Notes: a model not told the origin generated them from the sequence alone. A stretch of DNA of 64,000 nt from Roseibacillus sp. (GCA_051251855.1 JBPOGI010000001.1:1248001-1312000); one strand, 5' to 3'; shown: positions 9,611-20,135, numbered from the stretch's first letter. Program-made: numbers and translations.

Positions 9611-11026
9611 ATGCGCCTCGTGTTCGTTTGGATTCTCGCCTCACTCTCTGTGAGCGCCGACAACACCGCCAACCTTTCCCTCTATGCCAAGGGCGTTTTT
9701 GCCGAACAAAACAAAGAGTTGCGAACCGCACGCAGCCTTTACGAAGAAACCCTCGCTCAAGACCCTAACGCCTACCCCCTCGTCCAAAAAGTCGCCTCCA
9801 TCCAGAGCCGGCGAGTAAAAAACGACCCCTCCTTCCAAGACATTCCAGCTGCCACCGCAACCCTACGCACCTTTGCCAAAAACAACCGAGAACACCTAGC
9901 CTCCCAACTCAACTACGCCTCCTTCCTCCGTCAACATGCCCCCCGCGACGAAATCGCTCGGCAGGCAACCCTTGAAACCCTCGAGCTCGCCGAAGAAAAC
10001 TTCCCCCACGACGACATCGTCTTCAGCTTTCTCATCTCTCTTTACGAAGACCTCGAGCGCCGCAACGACTCCCTCAGTCTTCTCGAAAAAGAACTCAGCG
10101 CCAGCAGCGACGACCCCAATCATTGGCTCGCCCTCATTCCCATCATCAAGACCCTCTACCCCGCCGACGATCCTCAATACGCGGCAAAACTCGCCCAAGC
10201 GATGGCCAAAGTGGCAGAGCACGGTCTCCATCGTGCGGACATAGCGCGCCGCGTCTCCGAATACCACCGGAACCAAGGCCGCATGGACCAAGCTCTTACT
10301 ACCCTAGAAGAACATCTCGAACTCTCTCCATCCTCTCACTCTCTTCGCACTCGGCTCGGCCTCCTACAACTCTCTAACAAAGACGAGAAAGCGGGAGAAG
10401 AGACCCTCCTAGACGTCATCGCCATCGACCCTGACCAAAGCCTCGCCCACAGCTCTTTGGCCAAGCTCTATACCAAGCGCAACGACCCTCTCCGCGCTCT
10501 CGGTCACCGAGCCGAAGTGCTCCGCATTCGCGGTGGAGACCCCACCGAGGCTATTCAAGTCGCGGACGAATACCTCGCACTGGACATGCCTCACGAAGCA
10601 CGGCTCTTGTTAGAAAAGTTTCGCTTCGACCACCCCGAAAGCCCCGGCATTCATGCCCGCCTCGCCATCGCCACTTTACGCGATGGACTCACCCAAGAAG
10701 CCGCCCGACTCTTCCGCCAAGCAGAGGCGCTTGCCGAAGAATCGAAAGAAGATGACGCCAAAGAGTATCTAGACACGGACTTTCAAATCGAGTTCGCCCA
10801 TATCCTCGTCGAGGCAAACGATCTCGCCTCAGCCGAAACCCGCCTTCGCCAGGCTGCACAAGGTCTCGACCTCGACGCTGAACCCAAAAAATACGCCCGT
10901 GCTGTCACTGCGCTCGCCAAGCTCTGGCTCGACCAAGGGAAAAACGAAGCCCCTGCCAAAGCCCTTCTCCAGCGCGCCACCATGCTCGATCCTGAGAACG
11001 AAGAAGCCGCTTCTCTGCTTAAATGA
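9611..11026 (+). CDS. Secreted TPR protein
   Basis: Signal-peptide-like MRLVFVWILASLSVSA followed by TPR repeats (LAHSSLAKLYTKRND, ALLQRATMLDPENEEA). The upstream ORF extension lies inside the MITE. Confidence 0.8.
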   Translation: MRLVFVWILASLSVSADNTANLSLYAKGVFAEQNKELRTARSLYEETLAQDPNAYPLVQKVASIQSRRVKNDPSFQDIPAATATLRTFAKNNREHLASQLNYASFLRQHAPRDEIARQATLETLELAEENFPHDDIVFSFLISLYEDLERRNDSLSLLEKELSASSDDPNHWLALIPIIKTLYPADDPQYAAKLAQAMAKVAEHGLHRADIARRVSEYHRNQGRMDQALTTLEEHLELSPSSHSLRTRLGLLQLSNKDEKAGEETLLDVIAIDPDQSLAHSSLAKLYTKRNDPLRALGHRAEVLRIRGGDPTEAIQVADEYLALDMPHEARLLLEKFRFDHPESPGIHARLAIATLRDGLTQEAARLFRQAEALAEESKEDDAKEYLDTDFQIEFAHILVEANDLASAETRLRQAAQGLDLDAEPKKYARAVTALAKLWLDQGKNEAPAKALLQRATMLDPENEEAASLLK

Positions 11027-11035
11027 TCTGCTCAA

Positions 11036-11701
11036 ATGAAACCCCTTCTCTACCTCGGAGCCTTTCTCGCACTCCTCCTCACCTCCTGCAGTGTCCAGCC
11101 TCCGCTTCCTCCCGAAGTAAGAACTCCTTCAACCCTCGTGGTGGTTCACGGCCTTTATGCCAATGCCAATCACGTTCGTCCCATCAAAGAAGGCCTCGCG
11201 TCTGCCGGCTTTACCAGCTTCGCGCCCAACCTGACCCCCAACAACGGCAGCACCTCGATTGAGTCCCTGGCACAACAACTCGGCACCTACATCGACCAAC
11301 ACGTTCCGGCCAATGCCCCTATCCAAATCGTGGCGCATAGCATGGGCGGACTGGTCGCTCTCCAATACCTCCAAGACCCCCAAACTGCGGTCAAATGCCG
11401 TGGTCTCTACACCATTGCCACTCCGCATAACGGCACCCTCCTTGCTAGCTTCCACGGTGGGCCTGCCGGTCGACAAATGGTCTCCAATTCGTCATTTCTA
11501 CAAAAGCTCAACGCGCGTCGCCCCTCATTTCCCGTGACAACCTACCGTACCACCAACGATTTGGTGATTATTCCTAGCTCCAGCTCAATTCTCCCCTTCG
11601 CTGACAACCAAACTATCTCAAGTGGTGGCCACAACGAAATCCTCCAAAGCTCCGAACTCCTCTTCGACCTCACGCGACGTATTCAAGAGCAAGATTCCTA
11701 G
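11036..11701 (+). CDS. Lipoprotein alpha/beta hydrolase (lipase/esterase, Bacillus LipA-like)
   Basis: Lipobox LLLTSC, oxyanion motif VVVHGL, nucleophile motif AHSMGG, IATPHNGT, NDLVI (Asp) and GGHNEIL (His). Confidence 0.88.
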   Translation: MKPLLYLGAFLALLLTSCSVQPPLPPEVRTPSTLVVVHGLYANANHVRPIKEGLASAGFTSFAPNLTPNNGSTSIESLAQQLGTYIDQHVPANAPIQIVAHSMGGLVALQYLQDPQTAVKCRGLYTIATPHNGTLLASFHGGPAGRQMVSNSSFLQKLNARRPSFPVTTYRTTNDLVIIPSSSSILPFADNQTISSGGHNEILQSSELLFDLTRRIQEQDS

Positions 11702-11822
11702 TTGCTCTCTGCAGTAATAGAAACTCCCCAGCGCTCCTCTGTGGCTTCATCGCCAAATCATCACAAAACCTTTGCTGTCCTTCTCGAAACCACTCCTTTA
11801 TTATCCCACGAACAAAAACAAG

Positions 11823-12278
11823 ATGGAGCTGGAAAACGAAGAATCGACTATCCCCCCCAAAGAATCCTCCCCCAACCAAGAAACACCAAAAGGATTCCAG
11901 TGGAACCTCGTCGGATGGTTCGGCGCCTCCCTAGGGGCCTCCCTCTGGATGATCGCCACGCCCTTCTTCCTAAGCTGGCCCGCCTCTGGAGTCTTCGCAG
12001 GCATCGTTGGCACTCTCGTCATCTGGTCCTTTTCTTCGATCGTCTGGGCCTTCCGAGAAAAAATTTCGGCTTTTAAAGGGATCGTCGGCCTTTTGTGCTT
12101 CACAGTCCTCTCTAACCTCGGGTTTCTGCTCTTTGCACATACCAACAAACTCCCTCTGGACACCGCAGCCGATGCCATTGAGACCAACTACGGTCTCTAC
12201 TATGGGGCTCTTCTCGCTCTGGTCGTATCTCTCCTGATTCTCTTTTGGATCAAAGAAAACCGCGCCGCCAAATCGTAG
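11823..12278 (+). CDS. Hypothetical membrane protein (~4 TM helices)
   Basis: Four hydrophobic segments in ORF 11772..12278. ATG at 11823 chosen as the start. Confidence 0.65.
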   Translation: MELENEESTIPPKESSPNQETPKGFQWNLVGWFGASLGASLWMIATPFFLSWPASGVFAGIVGTLVIWSFSSIVWAFREKISAFKGIVGLLCFTVLSNLGFLLFAHTNKLPLDTAADAIETNYGLYYGALLALVVSLLILFWIKENRAAKS

Positions 12279-12367
12279 CGAACGCCCCCTTTGCCAAGAA
12301 ACAACCGCTCCTTTCCAAGGAGTTCTGGACTCAGAGCGCCATTCTCCCTTACCTTACAGGGACACTC

Positions 12368-15300
12368 ATGATGGACCTTTCTGACCACAAGCTCATGGCC
12401 GCGAACCGCGGTGAAATCGCCATTCGCATCTTCCGTGCTGCCAACGAACTCGGCATCCGCACCGTCTCTATCTACGCTGAAGAAGACCGCTTCTCCCGCC
12501 ACCGCTTCAAGGCCGACGAAGCCTACCAGCTCGACGCCACCAAAGGCCCCGTCGGCGCCTACCTCGACTACGAAGGCATCGTCGCCTTAGCCAAAAGCAA
12601 GGGCGTCACCATGATTCACCCTGGTTACGGCTTCCTTTCCGAAAACCCCGACTTCGCCCGTGCCTGTGCCCGCGAAGGCATCATCTTCATCGGCCCTAAC
12701 AGCGACCTCCTCGGCTCCATGGGCGACAAAACTGCGGCCCGCGCCCAAGCGATCGCCGCCAACGTCCCCGTCCTCCCCGGAACCGAAGACGCCATCTCCG
12801 ATCCCGACCAAGCGATCACCACCGCTCAGGAAATCGGATTTCCTCTCATCATCAAAGCTGCCTTCGGTGGCGGCGGACGCGGAATGCGCATTGTCGAAAA
12901 GCCTTCCGAGCTGCAAGCCCGTCTCGCCGAAGCCCAAGACGAAGCCCAAAACGCCTTCGGCAACTCCGCCGTCTTCCTCGAGCGCTACATCAAGCGCGCC
13001 AAACACATCGAAGTGCAAATCCTCGGCGACCAACACGGCAACGTGGTCCACATGCACGAGCGCGACTGCTCCGTGCAACGCCGCTACCAAAAAGTAGTCG
13101 AAATCGCCCCCTCCATCGACCTCCCCGGCGACTTGCGCAAAGACCTCTGCCAATCCGCCGCCAACCTCGCCAAGTCCATCGGCTACGACAACGCCGGCAC
13201 CGTGGAATACCTCTACGACATGGACAGCAAAGAGTGGTTCTTCATCGAGATGAACCCCCGTATCCAAGTCGAGCACACCGTCACCGAATGCGTCACTGGC
13301 ATCGACCTCGTGCAGTCCCAGATCCTCGTCTCTCTCGGCAAAGAACTCCACGGCCCTGAACTCTCCATCCCCGCCCAAGACGAGATCCCCTGCAACGGTT
13401 ACGCCATCCAGTGCCGCATCACCACCGAGGACCCCGAGAAAGGCTTCGCCCCCGACTACGGCCGCATCGTCAACTACCGTTCCGCTGCTGGTTTCGGCAT
13501 CCGTCTCGACGCCGGTTCAGGCGACGCGGGCTCAGTCATCACGCCCTTCTATGACTCCATGTTGGTCAAGCTCACCGCCACCGCGCGCACCTTCGAAGGC
13601 GCCTGCCGTCGCATGGACCGTGCCCTGCGCGAGTTCCGCATCCGAGGCGTCAAAACCAACATCCCCTTCCTCGAAAACATCATCAACGACAGCCTCTTCC
13701 TCAGCGGAGACGCGCACACCAAGCTCATTGACGAAAAGCCCAGCCTCTTCGAATTCTCCCCTCGTCGCGACCGCGCCACCAAGCTTCTCAACTACCTCTC
13801 CGACATCACCATCAACGGCAACCCCGGAGCCAAAAACTGGAAGCCCGCCCAACCCTTCGCCACTCCGCGCCTCGTCGACTGGACTCCGCGTGCCGCCGAA
13901 TCCAAAGGCTCTCGCGACATCCTGTTAGAAAAAGGCCCCACCGAATTCGCCAACTGGATCAAAAACGAAAAGCGCCTCCTCATCACCGACACCACCATGC
14001 GGGACGCGCACCAGTCCCTCATCGCCACCCGCATGAGGACTCACGACATGCTCGCCATCGCGGAAGCGGTTTCTAACAGAACCCCCAACCTCTTCTCCAT
14101 GGAGATGTGGGGCGGTGCCACCTTCGACACCTCCATGCGCTTCCTCAAGGAAGACCCTTGGGAACGCCTGCGCGAGCTCCGCGAACGCGTCCCCAACATC
14201 TGCTTCCAAATGCTCTTCCGTGGCTCCAACGCCGTCGGCTACTCTAACTACCCCGACAACGTCGTCGCAGGCTTCGTCAAGCACGCCGCCGACTCCGGGA
14301 TGGACATCTTCCGCATCTTCGACTCCCTCAACTACCTTCCTAACATGAAGGTCGCCATGGAAGCCGCCGCCTCCCATGGCACCGCCGTTTGCGAAGCCGC
14401 CGTCTGTTACACCGGCGACATCACCAATCCCGACCGCGCCAAATACTCCCTCAAATACTACGTCGATAAGGCCAAGGAGCTCGAAAAAATGGGCGCCCAC
14501 ATTCTTTGCATCAAAGACATGGCCGGCCTCTGCCACCCCGCCGCCGCCACCAAACTCTTCTCCACCCTCAAGCAAGAGATTGGCATCCCCATCCACTTCC
14601 ACACCCACGACACCTCCGGACTGAACGCCTCTTCCATCATGGCCGCGTCCGATGCCGGAGCCGACATCGCCGACATGGCCCTCGCCTCCATGTCCGGTTC
14701 CACCTCCCAGCCCAACTTGAACTCCGTTTGCGCCGCCATGAAAGGCACCGAGCGCGACCCCAGCCTCGACATCCAGGCTCTCAACGAGTTCTCCGACTAC
14801 TGGGAAGAAGTCCTCACTCACTACGAGCCCTTCTACTCCGCTCCCCGTAGCGGCACCGCCGAAGTCTATCTGCACGAAATGCCCGGCGGCCAATACACCA
14901 ACCTCAAGGAGCAAGCCAACGCCATGGGCCTGGGTCATCGTTGGCAGGAAATCGCGCACACCTACGCTGACGTCAACCAAGTCTTCGGCGACATCGTCAA
15001 AGTCACCCCCAGTAGTAAAGTGGTCGGCGACCTCACCATGCTTCTCGTCACCCAAGACCTGAAAGCGAAAGACCTTCTCACCAACACCGCCAAAATTGAC
15101 TTCCCCGAAAGCGTCATCGACATGCTCATGGGCGGTCTTGGACAACCCGATGGAGGCTGGCCCAAAGACATTCAAAAAGCCGTCCTCGGCGAAAAGACCC
15201 CTTACACCGTCCGCCCCGGCGAACTCGCCGCCCCCATCGACCTCGAAGAAACCCGTGCCGAGCTCTCCAAGACCCTCGGCCACCCCGCCAGCGACGACGA

Positions 15301-15820
15301 GCTCTACTCCTCCCTGATGTATCCTCAAGTCTTCACCGACTACGTGGCCAGCCTCAACGACTTCGACCGTCTCACCGTTCTTCCCACCCCCGCCTTCTTC
15401 TACGGCATGGCCATCGGCGAAGAAATCCACGTCGACATCGCCAAAGGCAAAACCCTCTTCATCAAACTCCTCTCCATCGGCGAGCCCGACGACGAAGGCC
15501 GCCGCACCGTCTTCTACGAACTCAACGGCATGCCCCGCGAGACCACCGTCGTCGACAAAGCACTCGGCAAAGAAGCCGCCAGCAACCGCAAAGCCGATCC
15601 AAGCGACAGCAACCAAGTCGCAGCCCCCTTGCCAGGCATGATCAGCGAAGTCGCCGTCAAACCCGGCGACGAAATCGCCGAAGGCGACAAACTCGTCGTC
15701 CTCGAAGCCATGAAGATGCTCACCACCGTCTCCGCCCCAGCCGCCGGAACCATCAAAGAAGTCCTCATCGCCAAAGGCAAACAAGCCGATACGGGTGATT
15801 TGCTGGTGGTCCTCGAATAG
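12368..15820 (+). CDS. pyc: Pyruvate carboxylase
   Basis: Biotin carboxylase (ANRGEIAIR, HPGYGFLSEN, GGGGRGMR, ERDCSVQRR), carboxyltransferase (TDTTMRDAHQSL, WGGATFD, HFHTHDT, HEMPGGQYTNL) and biotin carrier EAMKM. Confidence 0.98.
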   Translation: MMDLSDHKLMAANRGEIAIRIFRAANELGIRTVSIYAEEDRFSRHRFKADEAYQLDATKGPVGAYLDYEGIVALAKSKGVTMIHPGYGFLSENPDFARACAREGIIFIGPNSDLLGSMGDKTAARAQAIAANVPVLPGTEDAISDPDQAITTAQEIGFPLIIKAAFGGGGRGMRIVEKPSELQARLAEAQDEAQNAFGNSAVFLERYIKRAKHIEVQILGDQHGNVVHMHERDCSVQRRYQKVVEIAPSIDLPGDLRKDLCQSAANLAKSIGYDNAGTVEYLYDMDSKEWFFIEMNPRIQVEHTVTECVTGIDLVQSQILVSLGKELHGPELSIPAQDEIPCNGYAIQCRITTEDPEKGFAPDYGRIVNYRSAAGFGIRLDAGSGDAGSVITPFYDSMLVKLTATARTFEGACRRMDRALREFRIRGVKTNIPFLENIINDSLFLSGDAHTKLIDEKPSLFEFSPRRDRATKLLNYLSDITINGNPGAKNWKPAQPFATPRLVDWTPRAAESKGSRDILLEKGPTEFANWIKNEKRLLITDTTMRDAHQSLIATRMRTHDMLAIAEAVSNRTPNLFSMEMWGGATFDTSMRFLKEDPWERLRELRERVPNICFQMLFRGSNAVGYSNYPDNVVAGFVKHAADSGMDIFRIFDSLNYLPNMKVAMEAAASHGTAVCEAAVCYTGDITNPDRAKYSLKYYVDKAKELEKMGAHILCIKDMAGLCHPAAATKLFSTLKQEIGIPIHFHTHDTSGLNASSIMAASDAGADIADMALASMSGSTSQPNLNSVCAAMKGTERDPSLDIQALNEFSDYWEEVLTHYEPFYSAPRSGTAEVYLHEMPGGQYTNLKEQANAMGLGHRWQEIAHTYADVNQVFGDIVKVTPSSKVVGDLTMLLVTQDLKAKDLLTNTAKIDFPESVIDMLMGGLGQPDGGWPKDIQKAVLGEKTPYTVRPGELAAPIDLEETRAELSKTLGHPASDDELYSSLMYPQVFTDYVASLNDFDRLTVLPTPAFFYGMAIGEEIHVDIAKGKTLFIKLLSIGEPDDEGRRTVFYELNGMPRETTVVDKALGKEAASNRKADPSDSNQVAAPLPGMISEVAVKPGDEIAEGDKLVVLEAMKMLTTVSAPAAGTIKEVLIAKGKQADTGDLLVVLE

Positions 15821-15918
15821 CCGCTTCCGCTCCGCACGATTTGAGGCCCAATTCAAAAAATTGGACCTAAATGGATGGAATTGGGTGGAATCGGGTGAAA
15901 ACGGAGGTAGGCTTCCGC

Positions 15919-16995
15919 ATGGACATCCATTTACCACCGAATCTTCAGCCGACGAATGAAATCTTGTCGCTGATTTCGGCCATTGACGAGTTCAAGGGCG
16001 AATGGCGGGCATTTGAAAGCCTCGGGCCGGAGACCCTATCCTCTCTGCGGCGAATCGCCACCATCGAGAGCGCCGGCTCTTCTACCCGGATCGAAGGAGC
16101 GAAACTCAGTGACGCAGAGGTCGAAAAGTTATTCGGTCGTCTCGGAAAAGAATCCTTCCAGTCCCGTGACGAACAAGAAGTGGCAGGCTACGCCTACGTG
16201 ATGGAGTCGATCCAGACCGCATGGCAGGACCTCCGAATCTCGGAAAGCATCCTCCTCCAGCTGCATCGCGACCTCCTGCGATACAGCAACAAAGACGAAC
16301 GCCATCGCGGCCAGTGGAAGACCCTCGACAACCACGTCGCGGCCTTCGATGCCGATGGCAAGCAAGTCGGGATCATCTTCGAAACCGCTTCTCCCTTCGA
16401 AACCCCAGTGCTCATGGAGCAACTCCTTTCTTGGCTCATCAAGGAAGAGAACGATCCCGTTCTCCATCCTCTGCTGCGAATCGCAATTTTCAACGTCGTC
16501 TTTCTCGCCATCCATCCCTTCCAAGATGGCAACGGTCGCCTTTCGCGTGTCCTAACAAACCTGATGCTCCTACGTTCGGGTTATGCCTATGCTTCATACA
16601 CTTCTTTGGAGAGTGTGATCGAACATCATAAGGACGCCTACTACCTGGCCTTGCGACGCACCCAGACTTCTTTCCAAGAGCAGGCCGACTGGGAGCCATG
16701 GATCATCTTCTTCCTTCGGGCCATGAAATTCCAAATCGAGCGGCTACGGGAACGGCTCTCGGATGGTCCCCCATCAAGCATTCAAAATTCGCCCCCTGTG
16801 AGCCTTTCCCCGCTAGCGGAACGCCTTCTCACGCTCCTCCAAGAACGCCAAACGCTCTCCGTAGCGGAGGCCGAGAAAACCCTCGAAGCGAACCGGAACA
16901 CCCTCAAGAATAAGTTCACTGAGTTAATCGAAAACGAATTGGCCGAACTCCACGGAAAAGGCCGAGGCGCACACTATCGTCCCACGAGACAGTAG
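15919..16995 (+). CDS. Fic-domain protein with C-terminal wHTH
   Basis: Canonical Fic motif HPFQDGNGRLSR, N-terminal inhibitory-type helix SSTRIEG, and C-terminal HTH (GKGRGAHY). Confidence 0.92.
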   Translation: MDIHLPPNLQPTNEILSLISAIDEFKGEWRAFESLGPETLSSLRRIATIESAGSSTRIEGAKLSDAEVEKLFGRLGKESFQSRDEQEVAGYAYVMESIQTAWQDLRISESILLQLHRDLLRYSNKDERHRGQWKTLDNHVAAFDADGKQVGIIFETASPFETPVLMEQLLSWLIKEENDPVLHPLLRIAIFNVVFLAIHPFQDGNGRLSRVLTNLMLLRSGYAYASYTSLESVIEHHKDAYYLALRRTQTSFQEQADWEPWIIFFLRAMKFQIERLRERLSDGPPSSIQNSPPVSLSPLAERLLTLLQERQTLSVAEAEKTLEANRNTLKNKFTELIENELAELHGKGRGAHYRPTRQ

Positions 16996-16999
16996 CGGT

Positions 17000-17119
17000 C
17001 AAACTCAACGTCTTCGAATGAACCAACGATGCCCTCCGCCACCGGAACCGTCAAAGAAGTCCTCATCGCCAAAGGTAAACAGGCAGATACGGGGGACCTC
17101 CTCGTCTTCCTAGAATAGC
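17000..17119 (+). repeat. Degenerate direct repeat of the pyc 3' end
   Basis: 17042-17119 matches 15744-15821 at 66/78 nt and reads GTVKEVLIAKGKQADTGDLLVFLE*. A gapped match extends back to ~17000 (vs 15688). Confidence 0.9.
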
Positions 17120-17170
17120 GCTCTTCGCTCGCTGAGTTGATAAAATGGCCATTCTCGCTATTGTTCGAGC

Positions 17171-17446
17171 ATGAATTCCTTCGCAGCCACGGATGCCAAG
17201 AACAGCTTTGGTCGTCTCCTCACTCAGGTTCAACGAAGCCCCGTTGAGATTACCAAACAGGGAAAAGGAATTGCCGTGCTGCTCTCGATGGAAGCCTACC
17301 AAGAGATTCAAGAGAGGCTCAACAAAAGAGAACCCACCAACTTTTCGTGGCTCGAAGACTGGCGGAAATCGACCTCACCCACTCCCGACCAAGAACCGAT
17401 TTCAAAAGAATCTTATCGCGGCCACCTCGACGAAAAATACGGCTAA
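17171..17446 (+). CDS. Phd/YefM-family antitoxin
   Basis: N-terminus MNSFAATDAKNSFGRLL..VQRSPVEITKQGKGIAVLLSMEAY is typical of Phd/YefM. Lies directly upstream of a PIN gene. Confidence 0.88.
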   Translation: MNSFAATDAKNSFGRLLTQVQRSPVEITKQGKGIAVLLSMEAYQEIQERLNKREPTNFSWLEDWRKSTSPTPDQEPISKESYRGHLDEKYG

Positions 17447-17462
17447 CTTCTGAAGACCAGAA

Positions 17463-17882
17463 ATGAGGCTCTTTTTTGACACCACCATCCTTCTGGATCT
17501 CATCGACGAGAGACGAACCGGACATCAGTCAGCCAAACGTCTAGAGAAGCACCTCGAAACGCACAATGTTTCCTGTCTTTTCGCCTGGCACAGTCTCTCC
17601 ATCATCGACTACGTGGGAGGGAAAGCATTCGGTCGCCAAGAAATCCACCGAGTTTTGAAAGGACTCCTCAACACCTTCGAACTCCCATCAGAGGGAACCA
17701 ACGAAGCGAAAACGGCCTTTCAATACCTTTCCTCGGACTTCGAAGACGCCCTTCAAATCGCAACCGCCGTTGCGGGGCGAGCGGAATACATTCTGACAAA
17801 CAACCCCAAGGACTTTTCTCGCAGTCCTATCTCATGCACGTCAGCCCAAGAAATGACATTGATTCTTGAGCGGATAGATTAG
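17463..17882 (+). CDS. PIN-domain (VapC-like) toxin
   Basis: MRLFFDTTILLDLI, DFEDALQIATA and ILTNNPKDF carry the acidic PIN residues. Confidence 0.88.
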   Translation: MRLFFDTTILLDLIDERRTGHQSAKRLEKHLETHNVSCLFAWHSLSIIDYVGGKAFGRQEIHRVLKGLLNTFELPSEGTNEAKTAFQYLSSDFEDALQIATAVAGRAEYILTNNPKDFSRSPISCTSAQEMTLILERID

Positions 17883-18066
17883 CCGATTTTCAAAACTAAA
17901 AAAGCGATAGAGGCCGCCAAAGCCCGCCACGCAAAATAACAATTCCCGGCCTTCAACCAGCCGCTACGGTTTTTACCCCTGAGGGACATCCCCCAGAACA
18001 AGCTTCACACAGGCAAACTCAAGGTATGTCTTGTCTCAACTCTTAGGGTAGATAATCTTCGCCGAG

Positions 18067-19395
18067 ATGCAGCTTATTTTAGGAAGTCTGAACCTCTTGG
18101 TCGAGTCTCTCACCTCAGGAATCAGCATCTATTTCGTTGGGGCAATGAGCGTCCTAATCCTCATCGATGGAGTAAGCTTCTTTACTACTAAAAAAGCCCA
18201 CTTAAATTTTAAGGGGATCGTAACAGGTCTAGGAATTCTTGGCACATTTCTTGGAATATTTTTAGCGCTTCTCCATTTTGATCCAAATAAGATCGATGAG
18301 AGTGTCCCTTCTCTTCTAGAAGGAATGAAGTTTGCTTTCGGCTCATCGGTCTTTGGTCTCTTCTTGTCGCTTACTTTGTCAATTTTCCAAAATTTTTTCC
18401 CCGATCGTGCATCGGGAACTCCAGAAGAAAAAATAGCAATCGAGCTTGGAAAAATCCGCCACAACCAGCTCGAAAGTCATACCTATTTTGGAGCCATTCG
18501 AGCAAGGATTGAGGAATCTAAGGAATCGATTATCAACCTAACAGCAAGCCAACAAAGCGATACCAAAGAAATCATCAAATCACTCTCGCAGCTTCAAAAC
18601 TCGAACGAAGCCACTGCAACAAGAGCAGAAGATATTCTAGAGAGAGTTTCTGAATTACCAACGCCGCTGAAAGAGCTGGCATCTGATTTCAGCCAATTCA
18701 ACGGAAAAAATCAGACGTTTCAATCAGAGATAAAAGAAGATTTCAGACAAACTAGAGAAGGACTCGAAAACGCCTTAGAAAAGCTCTCTGAGGGAGCGAA
18801 TAAAGAAATAATCGAAGCTCTTGAGTCCGTCATGAAGGAATTCAATTCAAAGCTCAGCGAAATTGTTGGCGACAAATTTGACGCACTAAAGGATGGTTGT
18901 ATTAAATTACTCGAGTGGCAAGAAGGATACAAGTCGAGCGTCGCAGAATTTGAGCAGCGTCTCAATCAAGCCGTTGAAGGAATCGAAAAAAGCGAAGACT
19001 CACTGAAGACTATTTCGGGGTATCAATCTGAATTCTCTCAACTCTCAAAGGATTCAAAGACCGCAATTGAAGCTGGCCGTGGACTACTTGAAGGAAACTC
19101 TAAGGTCGCGCAGGAACTGTCCGAGCAACTCGAACGTTTAAACAAAGCAACGATTACAATGGAAGGGCTTCCGGAAGAACTGATCGAGATTAAGAAGAAA
19201 TACGAAGAGCTTCCTGAAGTAATGCAAGCCTCCTTGGATACTGTAAATCGAAGTTTTTCGGAAACAAACGAAGAGATGGGGAAAGCCACTAACGAGCTAA
19301 ACAACTCCCTCACAAGTCTAACTGTAAAATTCGCCGATAACTACGAAGCATTTCTTTCTCAGTTAGAACGACTAATGACCAAAACTAATCTGTAA
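18067..19395 (+). CDS. zorA: Zorya ZorA (MotA/TolQ/ExbB-like TM domain plus long coiled-coil tail)
   Basis: Three TM segments with TGLGILGTFLGI and LLEGMKFAFGSSVFG, then ~330 aa of heptad-like helical tail. Forms an operon with OmpA-domain and HNH genes. Confidence 0.8.
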   Translation: MQLILGSLNLLVESLTSGISIYFVGAMSVLILIDGVSFFTTKKAHLNFKGIVTGLGILGTFLGIFLALLHFDPNKIDESVPSLLEGMKFAFGSSVFGLFLSLTLSIFQNFFPDRASGTPEEKIAIELGKIRHNQLESHTYFGAIRARIEESKESIINLTASQQSDTKEIIKSLSQLQNSNEATATRAEDILERVSELPTPLKELASDFSQFNGKNQTFQSEIKEDFRQTREGLENALEKLSEGANKEIIEALESVMKEFNSKLSEIVGDKFDALKDGCIKLLEWQEGYKSSVAEFEQRLNQAVEGIEKSEDSLKTISGYQSEFSQLSKDSKTAIEAGRGLLEGNSKVAQELSEQLERLNKATITMEGLPEELIEIKKKYEELPEVMQASLDTVNRSFSETNEEMGKATNELNNSLTSLTVKFADNYEAFLSQLERLMTKTNL

Positions 19396-19397
19396 CA

Positions 19398-20135
19398 ATG
19401 GACCAGAAGAACGACTGGATGGGAAGCGTCTCTGACCTAATGGCAGGCTTAATGATCGTTTTTCTCTTCATCGCCATCGTTTACATGATGGACGCTCAGG
19501 AAGACAAAAAGAGAGCTGAAGACCTAACCGAACAGCTGAAAGCCGAAAGCACGAAAATCCAGGAAATCACCGCTACATTTGAGGGGCTCAAACAGGGACT
19601 TCACGAGGACCTACTTTCTGAGTTTGAGAAGGATTTAATTGCATGGGATGCCACTCTGGAGTCTGACTCGACGATACGATTTAACGAGCCGGATATTTTG
19701 TTCGCTACGGGAAGCGCTCTACTCAGCCCAGAATTCCGCGAGATTCTTGACGATTTTTTCCCACGCTATATTAAAATTCTAAACTCAAAAAACTACGGAG
19801 AAGAAATCGAGGAAATCAGGGTCGAAGGACATACTTCCAGCGCTTGGGACGGAGCTGAATCCCTGAGCACTCGCTACCTTAAAAACGTAAGCCTTTCCCA
19901 AATGCGCTCTCTTGAAGTGTTGAGTTACTGCTTTCGAATCCAAGCACTCTCCGCCGAGCAGCCTTGGTTACTTAGACATCTTCGAGCGAATGGATTATCC
20001 TTCGCCAAGCCAATTCTCACCGCTGAAGGAAATGAGGATATTGAACGTTCCAGAAGGGTGGAATTTAGGGTCATCACGAAAAGTGAAGAGAAGATCGTCA
20101 AGATATTAGAAATTCAAGAATCCGAAACCCCATGA
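19398..20135 (+). CDS. zorB: Zorya ZorB (MotB-like TM with conserved Asp plus OmpA peptidoglycan-binding domain)
   Basis: WMGSVSDLMAGLMIVFLFIAI, ILFATGSA, IRVEGHTSS, NVSLSQMRS and SRRVEFRV. Confidence 0.85.
   Translation: MDQKNDWMGSVSDLMAGLMIVFLFIAIVYMMDAQEDKKRAEDLTEQLKAESTKIQEITATFEGLKQGLHEDLLSEFEKDLIAWDATLESDSTIRFNEPDILFATGSALLSPEFREILDDFFPRYIKILNSKNYGEEIEEIRVEGHTSSAWDGAESLSTRYLKNVSLSQMRSLEVLSYCFRIQALSAEQPWLLRHLRANGLSFAKPILTAEGNEDIERSRRVEFRVITKSEEKIVKILEIQESETP

Noticed and set aside
13925..15937. 670-aa minus-strand ORF
   Set aside because: Antisense shadow of pyc produced by strongly C-ending codons. It has no motif and a V/G/E-biased composition.
17883..17939. Short coding-like stretch after the PIN stop (..TKKAIEAAKARHAK*) as readthrough or a displaced gene tail
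   Set aside because: Too short, and no matching gene end exists in the window.
18067..20135. Flagellar motAB or tolQ/exbB annotation
   Set aside because: The long cytoplasmic tail, coupled HNH gene, AT-rich defence context and absence of flagellar or tol genes favour Zorya.
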